A stretch of DNA of 28,728 nucleotides from a bacterium (GTDB taxonomy: Bacteria > Planctomycetota > J058 > JACQDU01): assembly GCA_016200955.1 (NCBI GenBank), contig JACQDU010000062.1, positions 1 to 28,728 of the forward strand, written 5' to 3'. Made by a program: the position numbers and the translations under genes. Below are positions 1 to 9,141 of this stretch, piece after piece. Numbering within the stretch: position 1 is the first letter of the stretch; each line of letters begins with the position of its first letter. Below the pieces are notes generated by a model. It worked only from the letters and a program-made list of their open reading frames with translations. It searched no databases and was not told the DNA's origin.

Positions 1-2
1 GC

Positions 3-1040
3 GGCTTCCACCTCGAGTCGAGCTCGGACGAGGTCCAGGCGAGGCTCGTCGCCGACTCGAAGAAGATCGACGCGTCCTCGGTCGACGAGGGATCGCTCCT
101 CGCGATCGGCGAGATCCGGAAGCTCGCGAACGAGGCCGCGGCCAAGCGCGCGGCGGGAGAGGGGCCCGACGAGGCGCTCGAGGCGATCGACGCCGCGACG
201 CGAGCGCGCGCGCGCGACCCGAAGATCAAGGGGCGCGCCGTGATCCTCGAGGCGAAGGGCGACCTCTGGCTCACGGGAGACCTCCACGGGAACGTCGAGA
301 ACCTCCGGCGCTTCGCGGAAGCGGCCGCGCTCGACGCGAACCCCGACCGGATCTTCGTCGTCCAGGAGATCATCCACTCGCGCGTCATCACCTCGGACCA
401 GCGCGACCTCTCTTTCGTGGCGATCCTCGAGGCGCTCAAGCTCGTCGCGCGCTACCCGGGGCGCGTCTACTACCTCCTCGGCAACCACGACCTCGCCTTC
501 GGCCTCGGCCGAGACCTCGTGAAAGGAGGGAAGTCGCTCAACCGGTATCTCTACAAGGGAATGGCCTTCATGTATCAGGCTCGCCACGAGGAGGTGGCGC
601 AGGCTTACATGAAGTTCATCAGGGACATGCCGGCGGCGATCGTCGCTCCGAACGGGGTCTTCATGTCTCACTCGACTCCCAAGAAGCCGTACATCCCGTC
701 GCTCTCCATGGAGTACCTGACGACGACCTCGGCGAAGCTTCCGCTCGAGAAGTGCGGCCCGATCAAGGCGCTCGTCGAGGGGAGAGACTTCGAGGAGCCC
801 ACGATCAAGGCCTTCACCGAGCGCATGGAGACCGACTTCGTCGTCTGCGGGCACACGCCGACGCCCAAGGGGTTCCGCGTCGCGAACTCGCGGCAGCTCA
901 TCATCGACTCGCAGCACGCGAACGGGCGCTACGTCACGTTCGACCTCACGAGGCGCTACACCATGGACGAGCTCATGGCGCGCGTGAAGCCGATCCTGGG
1001 AGACGAGGTCTCGTCGGAGCTCGTGGGCGAGCTCATGTGA
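3..1040 (+). CDS. Calcineurin-like metallophosphoesterase, 5'-partial (frame is open to the window edge; the track start at 240 is internal)
   Basis: Frame reads without stops from nt 3 (GFHLESSSDEVQARL...) into GDLHG, GNHD, FMSHS and VCGHTP motifs. Motif II is atypical (VQEIIH instead of GDxxD). Confidence 0.85.
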   Translation, partial: GFHLESSSDEVQARLVADSKKIDASSVDEGSLLAIGEIRKLANEAAAKRAAGEGPDEALEAIDAATRARARDPKIKGRAVILEAKGDLWLTGDLHGNVENLRRFAEAAALDANPDRIFVVQEIIHSRVITSDQRDLSFVAILEALKLVARYPGRVYYLLGNHDLAFGLGRDLVKGGKSLNRYLYKGMAFMYQARHEEVAQAYMKFIRDMPAAIVAPNGVFMSHSTPKKPYIPSLSMEYLTTTSAKLPLEKCGPIKALVEGRDFEEPTIKAFTERMETDFVVCGHTPTPKGFRVANSRQLIIDSQHANGRYVTFDLTRRYTMDELMARVKPILGDEVSSELVGELM

Positions 1041-3490
1041 GCGGGGCGAACGCCGCGCTCGTGCCGGGCTCGACGTTCGGCGCCTACCGGATCGTCGAGG
1101 TCCTCGGCCGCGGAGGCATGGGCGTCGTCTACAAGGCCCAGGACCAGCGGTCGGGGCGAGCGGTCGCGCTCAAGATCGTCTCCTCGGAGCTCGCGAGGGA
1201 CGCGACCTTCCAGAAGCGCTTCCAGCGCGAGGGGCGCGCCGCGGCCGCGCTCCGCCACGAGAACGTCGTCGCGCTCCACGAGGCGGGCGAGGAGAACGGG
1301 ACGCCTTACCTCGCCTTCGAGCACGTGGAGGGAGGAACGCTCAAGGCGAAGCTCGCGCGAGGCCGCCTCGCGTGGAGCGAGGCGGCGGAGCTCGGGGCCG
1401 GGATCGCGCGCGGCCTGGCGGCGGTGCACGAGGCCGGCCTGATCCACCGCGACCTGAAGCCCGACAACGTCCTCCTCTGGAAAGGAGACGGCTCGCGCGA
1501 GATCCCGAAGCTCGCGGACTTCGGCCTCGTCGGCGCCCAGGCGTCCTTCCTCGCGGTCTCGGCCGCGCTCACGAAGACGGGCGAGATCCTTGGGACGCTC
1601 GAGTACATGGCGCCCGAGCAAGCCGACGGGCAGCGGGCGCTCACCGCGCGCGCCGATCTCTACAGCCTCGGCGCGGTTCTCTACGCGCTCGTCGCCGGGG
1701 TCCCTCCGTTCGAGGGAACGGGATACGCTCTCCTCAAGAAGCACCTCGTGGCCACGCCACGGTCGCCGCGCTCGCTCGCCCCGGACTTGCCGCGAGGATT
1801 CGAGTGGCTGATCCTCGCTCTCCTCGAGAAGGAACCGGACAACAGGCCCTCGAGCGCCGCGGAGGTCGTGCGCGAGCTCGAGGCGATCTCGCGCGGCGAG
1901 GCGCCCTCCGCTCGCGTCGGCTCCGGTCGAGGGAAGTGCGGTCTGGCCGTCGCCTCTCTCATCATCATCGGAGCGGCCGGAGCCATCGCCTTCGTCCTCT
2001 CTCGGGGAACCTCCCAGGAAGACAAGGAGATGCCCAGGCCCGCGAGCCCGCCCAAGCCCCTCGTGAACGCGAAGCCTCCCCCCGCCTCGACCTCCACGGC
2101 GAGCGCTCGCGACGAGGCGCGACGACTCGTGGCCAGCGCGGTCGCGCGCGCCGGAGCGGGCGACGCGAAGGGAGCGATCGCCGACGACACGAGGGCGATC
2201 GAGCTCGATCCGAAGCTCGTCGCGGCGTGGATCCATCGCGTCGTGCTTCGCCGGGATCAGGGAGACCAGGACGGCGCGATCGCGGATGCGACGCGCGCGA
2301 TCGAGATCGACCCGCGCTGCGCCGATGCCTGGAGCTATCGCGCACTCGCGCGCCAATCGAAGCGCGACCTGCCGGGCGCCATCGCGGACTTCACGCGGGC
2401 GGCCGAGCTGCGGCCCGACGTGTGGGTCTTCATGAACCGCTCGTCCGCGCGCATCCACGCCGGTGATTTCGACGCTGCGCTCGCGGACGCGACGCGCGCG
2501 ATCGAGCTCGGCTCCGACGTCGCCGGGGCGTGGGTGAACCGTGGGATCGCCCACAAGCAGAAGGACGAAGTGCCGGCCGCGATCGCGGACCTCACGCGAG
2601 CGATCGAGCTCGATCCTCGCATGGCGGCCGCATGGGGCGAGCGCGGTCTGGTGAACGAGACGAAGGGCGATCTCGCGGGAGCCCTCGCCGACATGACGCG
2701 GGCGCTCGAGCTCGACCCGAAGCTCGTGCCGCTCTGGGTGCGGCGAAGCGACGTCCACCGGATGATGGGAGAAATGGAGCGATCGATCGCGGCCTCCACG
2801 CGCGCGCTCGAGCTGGACCCCCGGAACGTCGAGGCTCTCGACATTCGTGGGACCGCCAGGCACCTGGGAGGCGATCTCGCCGGCGCCCTGGCCGACTTCA
2901 CGCGCGAGATCGAGCTCGATCCCGGCCGCTCCGAGGGCTACAAGAACCGCGCGGGGGTCCGCGCCCTGACGCGCGACCTCGACGGCGCGATCGCGGACTC
3001 GACCCGCGCGATCGAGCTGGGGTCGAAGAGCGGCATAGCCTGGCAGAGTCGCGCCGCCGCGCGCCGGCTCAAGGGAGACTACACGGGCGCGCTCGCCGAC
3101 ATCGAGAAGGCCATCGAGATCGAGCCCAGGGAGGCCAGCGCTCTCTGTTGCCGGGGGACCGTGAGAGAGAGCCTCAAGGACGAGGAGGGCGCGCTCGCCG
3201 ACTACACGTACGCGCTCGAGCTCGATCCGAAGCTCGCCGACGGCTGGGAGTGCCGCGGCTGGCTCCGCGGGAGGAAGGGCGACCTAGGGTCGGCGATCTC
3301 CGATCTCACGCGAGCTCTCGAGCTCGAGCCGGGACGAGCGGCAGCCTGGAAATGGCGCGGCCTCGTGAGGCGCACGTCCGGCGACCGCGCCGGGGCGACC
3401 TCCGACCTCGAGCGGTTCCTCGAGCTCGGGCCGGGCGATCCCGAGGCGCCGGCCGTGCGGAAGCTGATCGTCGAGCTTCGCGGGAAATGA
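1037..3490 (+). CDS. Hanks-type Ser/Thr protein kinase with TM helix and C-terminal TPR array (~817 aa)
   Basis: GRGGMG, VALK, HRDLKPDN, DFG and APE motifs; hydrophobic LAVASLIIIGAAGAIAFVL; Pro-rich linker; 13 TPRs. GTG at 1037 overlaps the upstream TGA (ATGTGA). Confidence 0.95.
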   Translation: MSGANAALVPGSTFGAYRIVEVLGRGGMGVVYKAQDQRSGRAVALKIVSSELARDATFQKRFQREGRAAAALRHENVVALHEAGEENGTPYLAFEHVEGGTLKAKLARGRLAWSEAAELGAGIARGLAAVHEAGLIHRDLKPDNVLLWKGDGSREIPKLADFGLVGAQASFLAVSAALTKTGEILGTLEYMAPEQADGQRALTARADLYSLGAVLYALVAGVPPFEGTGYALLKKHLVATPRSPRSLAPDLPRGFEWLILALLEKEPDNRPSSAAEVVRELEAISRGEAPSARVGSGRGKCGLAVASLIIIGAAGAIAFVLSRGTSQEDKEMPRPASPPKPLVNAKPPPASTSTASARDEARRLVASAVARAGAGDAKGAIADDTRAIELDPKLVAAWIHRVVLRRDQGDQDGAIADATRAIEIDPRCADAWSYRALARQSKRDLPGAIADFTRAAELRPDVWVFMNRSSARIHAGDFDAALADATRAIELGSDVAGAWVNRGIAHKQKDEVPAAIADLTRAIELDPRMAAAWGERGLVNETKGDLAGALADMTRALELDPKLVPLWVRRSDVHRMMGEMERSIAASTRALELDPRNVEALDIRGTARHLGGDLAGALADFTREIELDPGRSEGYKNRAGVRALTRDLDGAIADSTRAIELGSKSGIAWQSRAAARRLKGDYTGALADIEKAIEIEPREASALCCRGTVRESLKDEEGALADYTYALELDPKLADGWECRGWLRGRKGDLGSAISDLTRALELEPGRAAAWKWRGLVRRTSGDRAGATSDLERFLELGPGDPEAPAVRKLIVELRGK
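2114..3436 (+). repeat. 13 tandem TPR units (~34 aa / 102 nt period) inside the kinase gene
   Basis: Recurrent W-x2-R-G...GD..GA(I/L)AD.TRA(I/L)ELDP pattern, counted 13 times in the translation. Confidence 0.9.
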
Positions 3491-3530
3491 CCGTGAAGAG
3501 CTCGCACGCGAGAGAGCGCGCACCGACCGC

Positions 3531-4487
3531 TCACGGCCCCGCGAGGACGATCGTGCCCGTCTTCTCGTCGAGGCCGTCTTGCAGCTTCTCCTCCGAGGTG
3601 ATCACGACGCGCCGCCCGCCTCGAGCGAGGAAGGCGAGCGCCGACTCGATCTTGGGGCCCATGCTCCCGGGAGGGAACTCGCCCTGAGCATGGTAGGACG
3701 CGAGCTGCGCTCGCGTGACGCGGGAGAGATCGGCGGCGCGCGCGGTCCCGTAACCGATCTGCACCCTCTCGACCGCGGTGAGGACGGCGAGCGTGTCGAT
3801 CCCGAGGTCTCCCGCGAGGAGAGCGCTCGTCCGGTCCTTGTCGACGACGGCCTCGACTCCCCGGAGGAGGCCGTCCTTCCCGCGCGTCACCGGGATCCCG
3901 CCGCCGCCGGCGCAGACGACGATCGCTCCGGCTTCGTGCAAGCCGCGGATCGTCTCTCGCTCGACGACTTCCGTGGGAGAAGGCGAGGCGACGACGCGCC
4001 GCCAGCCCCTCGGAGGGAACTCCTTCACGACCCAGCCGGGCCTGCGCGCCTGCGTGATCGAGGAGTAGAACGCGCCGATCGGTTTCGTCGGGTCTTCGAA
4101 GGCCTCGTCGTCGGGATCGACGAGGACGTGCGTCACGACCGCGACGACGTCGCGCGGGACTCCTCGCCGCGCGAGCTCGTCTCGCAGGAGGAGCGCGATC
4201 ATGGAGCCGATGAAGCCCTGCGTGTCGGCGACGGCCGCGTCGAGCGGGATCGGGCCCATCTCGGTGCGCGCGAGCTCGCCTCGCAGCATGACGTCTCCCA
4301 CCTGCGGGCCGTTCCCGTGCGTGATCACGATCTTCGGCTTCGCGGCGGGCTCGCGCGCGAGCGCCGCGGCGAGGATCCCCATGCTCTCGCGCGTGCGGGC
4401 GAGCTGCTCTTGCACCGTGCCCTTCTCGCCCGGGCGGACGATCGCGTTTCCGCCGAGCGCGATGAGCAGCGAAGGAGGGAAGGTCAT
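3531..4487 (-). CDS. arcC: Carbamate kinase
   Basis: IALGGNA, VITHGNGPQVG, PTKPIG, GWRRVVASPSP, GGGGIPV, GVEAVVDKD, GSMGPKI. Start placed at ATG 4487, 4 nt after the hpt stop. Confidence 0.95.
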   Translation of the reverse strand: MTFPPSLLIALGGNAIVRPGEKGTVQEQLARTRESMGILAAALAREPAAKPKIVITHGNGPQVGDVMLRGELARTEMGPIPLDAAVADTQGFIGSMIALLLRDELARRGVPRDVVAVVTHVLVDPDDEAFEDPTKPIGAFYSSITQARRPGWVVKEFPPRGWRRVVASPSPTEVVERETIRGLHEAGAIVVCAGGGGIPVTRGKDGLLRGVEAVVDKDRTSALLAGDLGIDTLAVLTAVERVQIGYGTARAADLSRVTRAQLASYHAQGEFPPGSMGPKIESALAFLARGGRRVVITSEEKLQDGLDEKTGTIVLAGP

Positions 4488-4491
4488 GCTC

Positions 4492-5085
4492 TCACTGCTG
4501 CTTCGAGCGCTCGCGGGCCGCATCGGCCTCGGCGCGGAGGCGCGCCTGAGCCTCGTGCGTGAGCGCGGCGATGTAGGGGAGGTTCCGGAACCTCCCCTCG
4601 AGGTCGAGGCCGTAGCCGATCACGAAGCGGTCCTCGATCGTGAAGCCCTTGTAGTGGACGGGCACCTCGCGCTTTCGCCGCGCGGGCTTGTCGAGGAGGG
4701 CGCAGATCCGGAGCTCCCTCGGCTTCCTCACCCGGAGCGCGTCGAGGAGGAAGCTCATGGTGAGGCCGGTGTCCACGATGTCCTCGACGATCAGGACGTT
4801 CTTCCCCGCGATCGGCTGGGTGAGGTCGAAGTCGAAGCGCACGCTCCCCGTGGACTCCGTGCCGCCTTCGTAGGACGAGAGGCGCAGGAAGTCGCACGTG
4901 ACGTCGGGCGGCAGCGAGCGGATCAGGTCGGCCATGAAGACGAGCGAGCCCTTGAGCACTCCGACGACGACGAGGTCGGAGGCCGGAGCGAGGTCCCGCG
5001 AGATCGCTCGCCCGAGCTCTCGCGTGCGCGCCTTGATCTGCTCCTCCGAGAGGAGCGGCTCGAAGTCCTCGAAGCGAGGGATCAC
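4492..5085 (-). CDS. hpt: Hypoxanthine phosphoribosyltransferase
   Basis: VGVLKGSLVFMADL, LSSY, PRPP-binding VLIVEDIVDTGLT, FVIGYGLD, RNLPYI. GTG 5085 overlaps the upstream TGA (GTGA). Confidence 0.95.
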   Translation of the reverse strand: MIPRFEDFEPLLSEEQIKARTRELGRAISRDLAPASDLVVVGVLKGSLVFMADLIRSLPPDVTCDFLRLSSYEGGTESTGSVRFDFDLTQPIAGKNVLIVEDIVDTGLTMSFLLDALRVRKPRELRICALLDKPARRKREVPVHYKGFTIEDRFVIGYGLDLEGRFRNLPYIAALTHEAQARLRAEADAARERSKQQ

Positions 5086-6509
5086 GCGTTCCTCCCTTGT
5101 CCCGGCGCCGGCGCGAAGGCCGCGCGGCGGTCCCAGAGAGCGCGGGCCCTCTCGCGCGCGAGGGCGGCCGCGCGCTCGAGGTCCACGCCCGGGCTCGCGA
5201 GGCGGCCGTCTCTCACGACGAACCGGCCTCCCGCGATCGTGTGCCACGTCCTCGCGCCGAGGTTCCCGTAGAGCACGTGAGCGAAGAAGCGCTCTCCCTG
5301 GAGAGGCGTCCAGGGAACGTAGTCGAGCACGACGAGATCGGCCGGGCCGCCCTGGGCGATCTTCCCGAGCTTCGCTTCCTGGAAGAGAAGCTGGGCCACG
5401 CCCGCGTTCCCGGCGAGCGCGGCGTGCGCCTCGGCCCAGCCCGCCCGCGGGCTCTCGGCCCGATCCTTGGAGCCGAGGAAAGCCTGCGTGGTTTCCGCGA
5501 GCACGTCCGCCGACATCCCGTCCGTCCCGAGTGCGAGCTTGACCCCGCTCTCGAGGAGGCGGGCGAGGTCCGCTCTCCCGACGGCGTTGTTCCGGTTCGA
5601 GGACGGGTTCGTCACGACGACCGTGCCCGTCTCCTTGAGGAGAGCGCGCTCGGCCGCGTCCACGTGCACGCCGTGAGCGGCGATCGAGGCCGGCCCGAGC
5701 ACTCCAGCTCGCGCGAGGCGCTGGACCGTGCGCACGCCGCTCCGGCGGAGCGAGTCGTCGGGGTCGAAGCGGCTCTCGGCGACGTGGACGTGGAACCCGG
5801 GCAAGCCCGCTCCCCGCGCGGCGTCGCGCGCTCGCTCGAGCGTCTCGTCCGAGAGGGTCAGGCTCGCGTGGAGGCCGAAGGTCGCGGCGACGTGAGCGCT
5901 ACCGCCCAGCTTCTCCGCCTCCCGCGCCGCCTTGGCGAAGCGCACGTTCTCGGCGATCCCCGCTCGAGCGACCTCGGGGCCATCGCGGTCGGTGACCTCG
6001 AAGCAGGTCGCGACGCGCACGCCGACCTCGCGCGCGGCTCGCGCGACGAGGTCGAGGCTCCCCTCGACCGCCCGCTCGCTCGCGTGGTGGTCGACGACCG
6101 TCGTGACGCCGGCTCGCGCGCACTCCGCGAGGCCGAGGAGCGCGGAGAGGTAGACGTCCTCCGCGTCGAGCGCGCGGTCGAGCGGCCACCAGATCTCCTC
6201 GAGGATCGCGAGGAAATCCGCGGGAGCTTCTCTCCCCGGGAGGAGCGGCATGCCGCGAGCGAGCGTCGAGTAGAGGTGAGTGTGCGCGTTCACGAGCCCC
6301 GGGAGGACGACGCGCCCCGCGAGGTCGAGCACCTCGGGCGAAAGCTCTCCGTGAGCGGCCGTCCACCGGTCGGCCTCGGCCGTCTCGCCGAGGAGCGCGA
6401 CGCGACCGGTCTCGAGCACGATCCCGGCGTCGTCCCGGACCTCGCTCGAGCCGAGGTCGGGGACGACGCGCGCGCGCCTGAGCACGAGGGGACGCTCGCC
6501 GGTCGGCAT
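5082..6509 (-). CDS. ssnA: SsnA-like metal-dependent amidohydrolase
   Basis: PGLVNAHTHLYSTLARG, WWPLDRALD, TVVDHHAS, CFEVTDRDG, ENVRFA, GLHAS, HVHVAES, SNRNNAVG, LALGTDG, ADLVVLDY..PTPL; these follow E. coli SsnA block by block as recalled. Confidence 0.8.
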   Translation of the reverse strand: MPTGERPLVLRRARVVPDLGSSEVRDDAGIVLETGRVALLGETAEADRWTAAHGELSPEVLDLAGRVVLPGLVNAHTHLYSTLARGMPLLPGREAPADFLAILEEIWWPLDRALDAEDVYLSALLGLAECARAGVTTVVDHHASERAVEGSLDLVARAAREVGVRVATCFEVTDRDGPEVARAGIAENVRFAKAAREAEKLGGSAHVAATFGLHASLTLSDETLERARDAARGAGLPGFHVHVAESRFDPDDSLRRSGVRTVQRLARAGVLGPASIAAHGVHVDAAERALLKETGTVVVTNPSSNRNNAVGRADLARLLESGVKLALGTDGMSADVLAETTQAFLGSKDRAESPRAGWAEAHAALAGNAGVAQLLFQEAKLGKIAQGGPADLVVLDYVPWTPLQGERFFAHVLYGNLGARTWHTIAGGRFVVRDGRLASPGVDLERAAALARERARALWDRRAAFAPAPGQGRNA

Positions 6510-6581
6510 GGGGCGGCGAGTTTAACCCGGCCGGAGCGCTCCCGGGCGCGGCTCGCCTTAGAATGCTCCCGGAGGGTCAAC

Positions 6582-7451
6582 GTGCGAAGGCCCGTCGCGC
6601 TTCTCCTCGTGCTCCTCTCATCGGGAATCGTCTTCGCGGAGGATCCGGCGAAGAAGGCGATCAAGCTCGACTGGCAGCCGCGCGCGGGCGAGCGCTACCA
6701 GGTCACGGACGAGGCGACGAGCTCGCGGAAGCTCGTGTCCCGCGAGGGAGACAAGGTCGGCTCGACCGACGAGACGAAGGACGAGCACGCGTTCGCCCTC
6801 TCCTGGGAGATCATCTCGATCGACTCGAAGACCGGCGCGCGGAAAGAGAGGCGGACTTACTCGAAGTTCAAGATCCAGCACGAGTCCGAGGAGGACGGCT
6901 CGCTCGAGGGGAAGTCCGTGGTCCTGGAGCGGCCGCGCGTCGGGATGCCCACGGCCGATATCGAGCCCCGGGGCAAGCTCGGGAAGCTCGCGAAGGAGTA
7001 CCTCGAGGAGCAGAAGTATCGAGACGAGGGCGCGGGGAGGAACCCGCTCGAGCCGCGCTCGCCCGTCGCTCCCGGCGACTCGTGGGAGGTCGAGCTCACG
7101 CCGGCTCTCAGGCTCCTCGGGGACCCTCTCGTGGAGGTCGGGCTCGACCGGAAGAAGTCGAGCGCGCACGCGAAGCTCGTCTCCCTCGCGCAGAAGGACG
7201 GCGCGAGCTTCGGCACGATCGAGGTGACGATCGAGGCCGCGGTCAACGACTTCGCGTCCGAGCTCAAGCTCGAGAAGGGCGCGGTCTACAAGATCCAGGC
7301 GAAGCTCGAGGGCTGCACGGACGGCTCGCGGCCCGATCGCTCGCTCACGGTCGAGGGAAGCCTCGACGGGACGGCGAAGCTCGAGGGAGCGAGCGTCCTG
7401 GTGTCGGCCCGGCACACGGCCAGGCTCGTCGTCGCTCGCTCGAAGGAATAG
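6582..7451 (+). CDS. Secreted beta-strand-rich hypothetical protein (DUF6263-like, tentative)
   Basis: GGAGG at 6571-6575 then GTG 6582; signal-peptide-like MRRPVALLLVLLSSGIVFA; PVAPGDSW motif; strong GC3 bias; TAGAAT -10 candidate at 6559-6564. Confidence 0.7.
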   Translation: MRRPVALLLVLLSSGIVFAEDPAKKAIKLDWQPRAGERYQVTDEATSSRKLVSREGDKVGSTDETKDEHAFALSWEIISIDSKTGARKERRTYSKFKIQHESEEDGSLEGKSVVLERPRVGMPTADIEPRGKLGKLAKEYLEEQKYRDEGAGRNPLEPRSPVAPGDSWEVELTPALRLLGDPLVEVGLDRKKSSAHAKLVSLAQKDGASFGTIEVTIEAAVNDFASELKLEKGAVYKIQAKLEGCTDGSRPDRSLTVEGSLDGTAKLEGASVLVSARHTARLVVARSKE

Positions 7452-7452
7452 C

Positions 7453-8496
7453 TTGTCTTCCACGACGACCCTCATAGAGCAGGAGGCGACGAGGCTTCTC
7501 CGCGGGCTCTCGCTCGGAGTCACGCTCGACGCGAAGCAAGCGGTGCTGAGAGACGGCGAGATCCGCGGCTCGCTCGAGTCGCCGCTCACGAGCGCGGAGG
7601 CGCCCTTCGACCGGGCGTGCGTCTCCGTGAACGCCGAGACTCCCGGCGACTCCGTGGTCGAGGTCTCGCTCGAGGTGAGCCTCGACGACCGGAGCCGGAC
7701 GCGCTGGCTCCCTCTCGGGCTCCTCGGCGCGTCCGACGCCGCGAGGAAGGTCCCGAGGAGCGCGAGCAGCCCGACGACGGGCCCCGCGAGGGTCGCGATC
7801 GACACCGTCGAGCTCGAGCCCGGCCACACGCGCGATCCGTGCGGGCGAGCGCTCCGCGTGCGCCTGGGCTTCCTGCGCTCGTCGTTCGGCGAGAGCCCGC
7901 GCGTCTCGCGCGTCGCTCTCGTCGCCTGGCCCAGGGGAGCGCGCGATCCCGAGACCTCGGGGACGCACGAGGCGTGGGGCCGGGTGCTCTCGGTGCCCGA
8001 GCGCTCGCAGCAGGTCGAGGACGCGAAGGTCGCGGAGAAGATCTGCTCTCCCACGGCCCTCGCCATGGTCCTCGCTTTCCACGGGAAGGCGCGCGAGACG
8101 AGCGAGGTCTGCCGCGAGGTCTACGACCACGCGAGCGGGATCTACGGGAACTGGTCGTTGAACGTCGCCTACGCGGGGAGGCTCGGCCTCGACGCGAAGA
8201 TCGCGCGCATGGGGTCGTTCTCTCCGCTCGAGGCCGAGATCGCGGCGGGCCGTCCGGTCGTGATCTCGCACCGCTGGAGGCAAGGCGAGCTCGAGGGAGC
8301 GCCCCTCGCCGTCTCCCAGGGACACCTCGTCGTCGTCCGGGGGTTCACGAGAGACGGCGACCTGGTCGTCAACGACCCGTGCGCCGACCCGCGCAGGAGG
8401 GAGAGCATCGAGCGCGTCTATCGCCGCCGCGACATCGAGAGGACGTGGCTCGAGAACGCGGACGGGATCGCTTACATCGTGCGCCGCGTTCGCTGA
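7453..8496 (+). CDS. Peptidase C39-like family protein with an extra N-terminal domain
   Basis: Catalytic pattern SQ...ICSPTALAMVL (Cys), GHLVVVRGF (His), VNDP (Asp). TTG start 1 nt after the upstream stop. Confidence 0.85.
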   Translation: MSSTTTLIEQEATRLLRGLSLGVTLDAKQAVLRDGEIRGSLESPLTSAEAPFDRACVSVNAETPGDSVVEVSLEVSLDDRSRTRWLPLGLLGASDAARKVPRSASSPTTGPARVAIDTVELEPGHTRDPCGRALRVRLGFLRSSFGESPRVSRVALVAWPRGARDPETSGTHEAWGRVLSVPERSQQVEDAKVAEKICSPTALAMVLAFHGKARETSEVCREVYDHASGIYGNWSLNVAYAGRLGLDAKIARMGSFSPLEAEIAAGRPVVISHRWRQGELEGAPLAVSQGHLVVVRGFTRDGDLVVNDPCADPRRRESIERVYRRRDIERTWLENADGIAYIVRRVR

Positions 8497-8536
8497 CCGT
8501 CTTGAAGCCGCTCGCGCGCTCGCTTATCGTCCGGGC

Positions 8537-8956
8537 ATGGAGCTCTCGAGGGAGGACCGGCGGCGGATCGCGCGGAGGAGCATGGCGATCGTGCTCGCGA
8601 TAGTCTTCGCCGGCACCGGAGCGGCGGCGCTGTTCGCGCTCCTCGGATCTCCTCGCGCGGCGCTGGGCGTGATCGCCGGGCACGTGGTCGCCGTCCTGTG
8701 CGGCCTCTCGTGGATCGTGGGAGCGGTCTCGACGTTCGACGCTCCCGTGAAGCGCTTCGCCGCGGCGACGCTCGGCCCCGCGATCCTGCGAGCGCTCCTC
8801 GTGATCGGGGTCGTCTTCGGGCTCGGGATGTTCGCGAGAGAGAAGGTCGATATCGTCGCTCTCCTCGTCTCGTTCGCCGCGACGCAGGTGCTCTTGCACG
8901 TCGCTCAGGCGGATTGCTTCGTCCGGCTCGCGGACGCTTCGAAGGCGAAAGCGTAG
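8537..8956 (+). CDS. Small 4-TM membrane protein, ATP synthase protein I (AtpI)-like
   Basis: 139 aa with four hydrophobic segments and an R-x-L-L-V-I pattern in TM3 reminiscent of AtpI; no other atp genes in the window. Confidence 0.5.
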   Translation: MELSREDRRRIARRSMAIVLAIVFAGTGAAALFALLGSPRAALGVIAGHVVAVLCGLSWIVGAVSTFDAPVKRFAAATLGPAILRALLVIGVVFGLGMFAREKVDIVALLVSFAATQVLLHVAQADCFVRLADASKAKA

Positions 8957-9025
8957 TCCACCACCGCCGGCCACTCATTGGTCGGAGTGTAGCCGCCGAC
9001 TCTCCCGCCGTGAACGCCGGACACG

Positions 9026-9053
9026 TTGCCACCGACTTCGCTCGTGCTAAATT
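9026..9053 (+). promoter_or_regulatory. Sigma70-type promoter for the tRNA
   Basis: TTGCCA (9026-9031), 16-nt spacer, TGc-TAAATT extended -10 (9045-9053), 11 nt before the tRNA. Confidence 0.7.
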
Positions 9054-9064
9054 GGGCGCAACTC

Positions 9065-9138
9065 GGCGGCTTAGCTCAGCTGGTTAGAGCGACGGCTTCA
9101 TAAGCCGTAGGTCTGCGGTTCGAGTCCGCAAGCCGCTA
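9065..9138 (+). tRNA. tRNA-Met (CAT), elongator type
   Basis: Cloverleaf: GGCGGCT/AGCCGCT acceptor (G1-U72 wobble), GCTC/GAGC D-stem, ACGGC-TTCATAA-GCCGT anticodon arm, TGCGG-TTCGAGT-CCGCA T-arm, discriminator A9138. Lacks the initiator C1:A72 and 3GC pairs. Confidence 0.95.
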
Positions 9139-9141
9139 ACC

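Noticed and set aside
5082-6509. Selenocysteine readthrough in the ssnA region (selenium-linked cluster in E. coli)
   Set aside because: No in-frame TGA within these ORFs, and no selD/yqeB/yqeC genes in the window.
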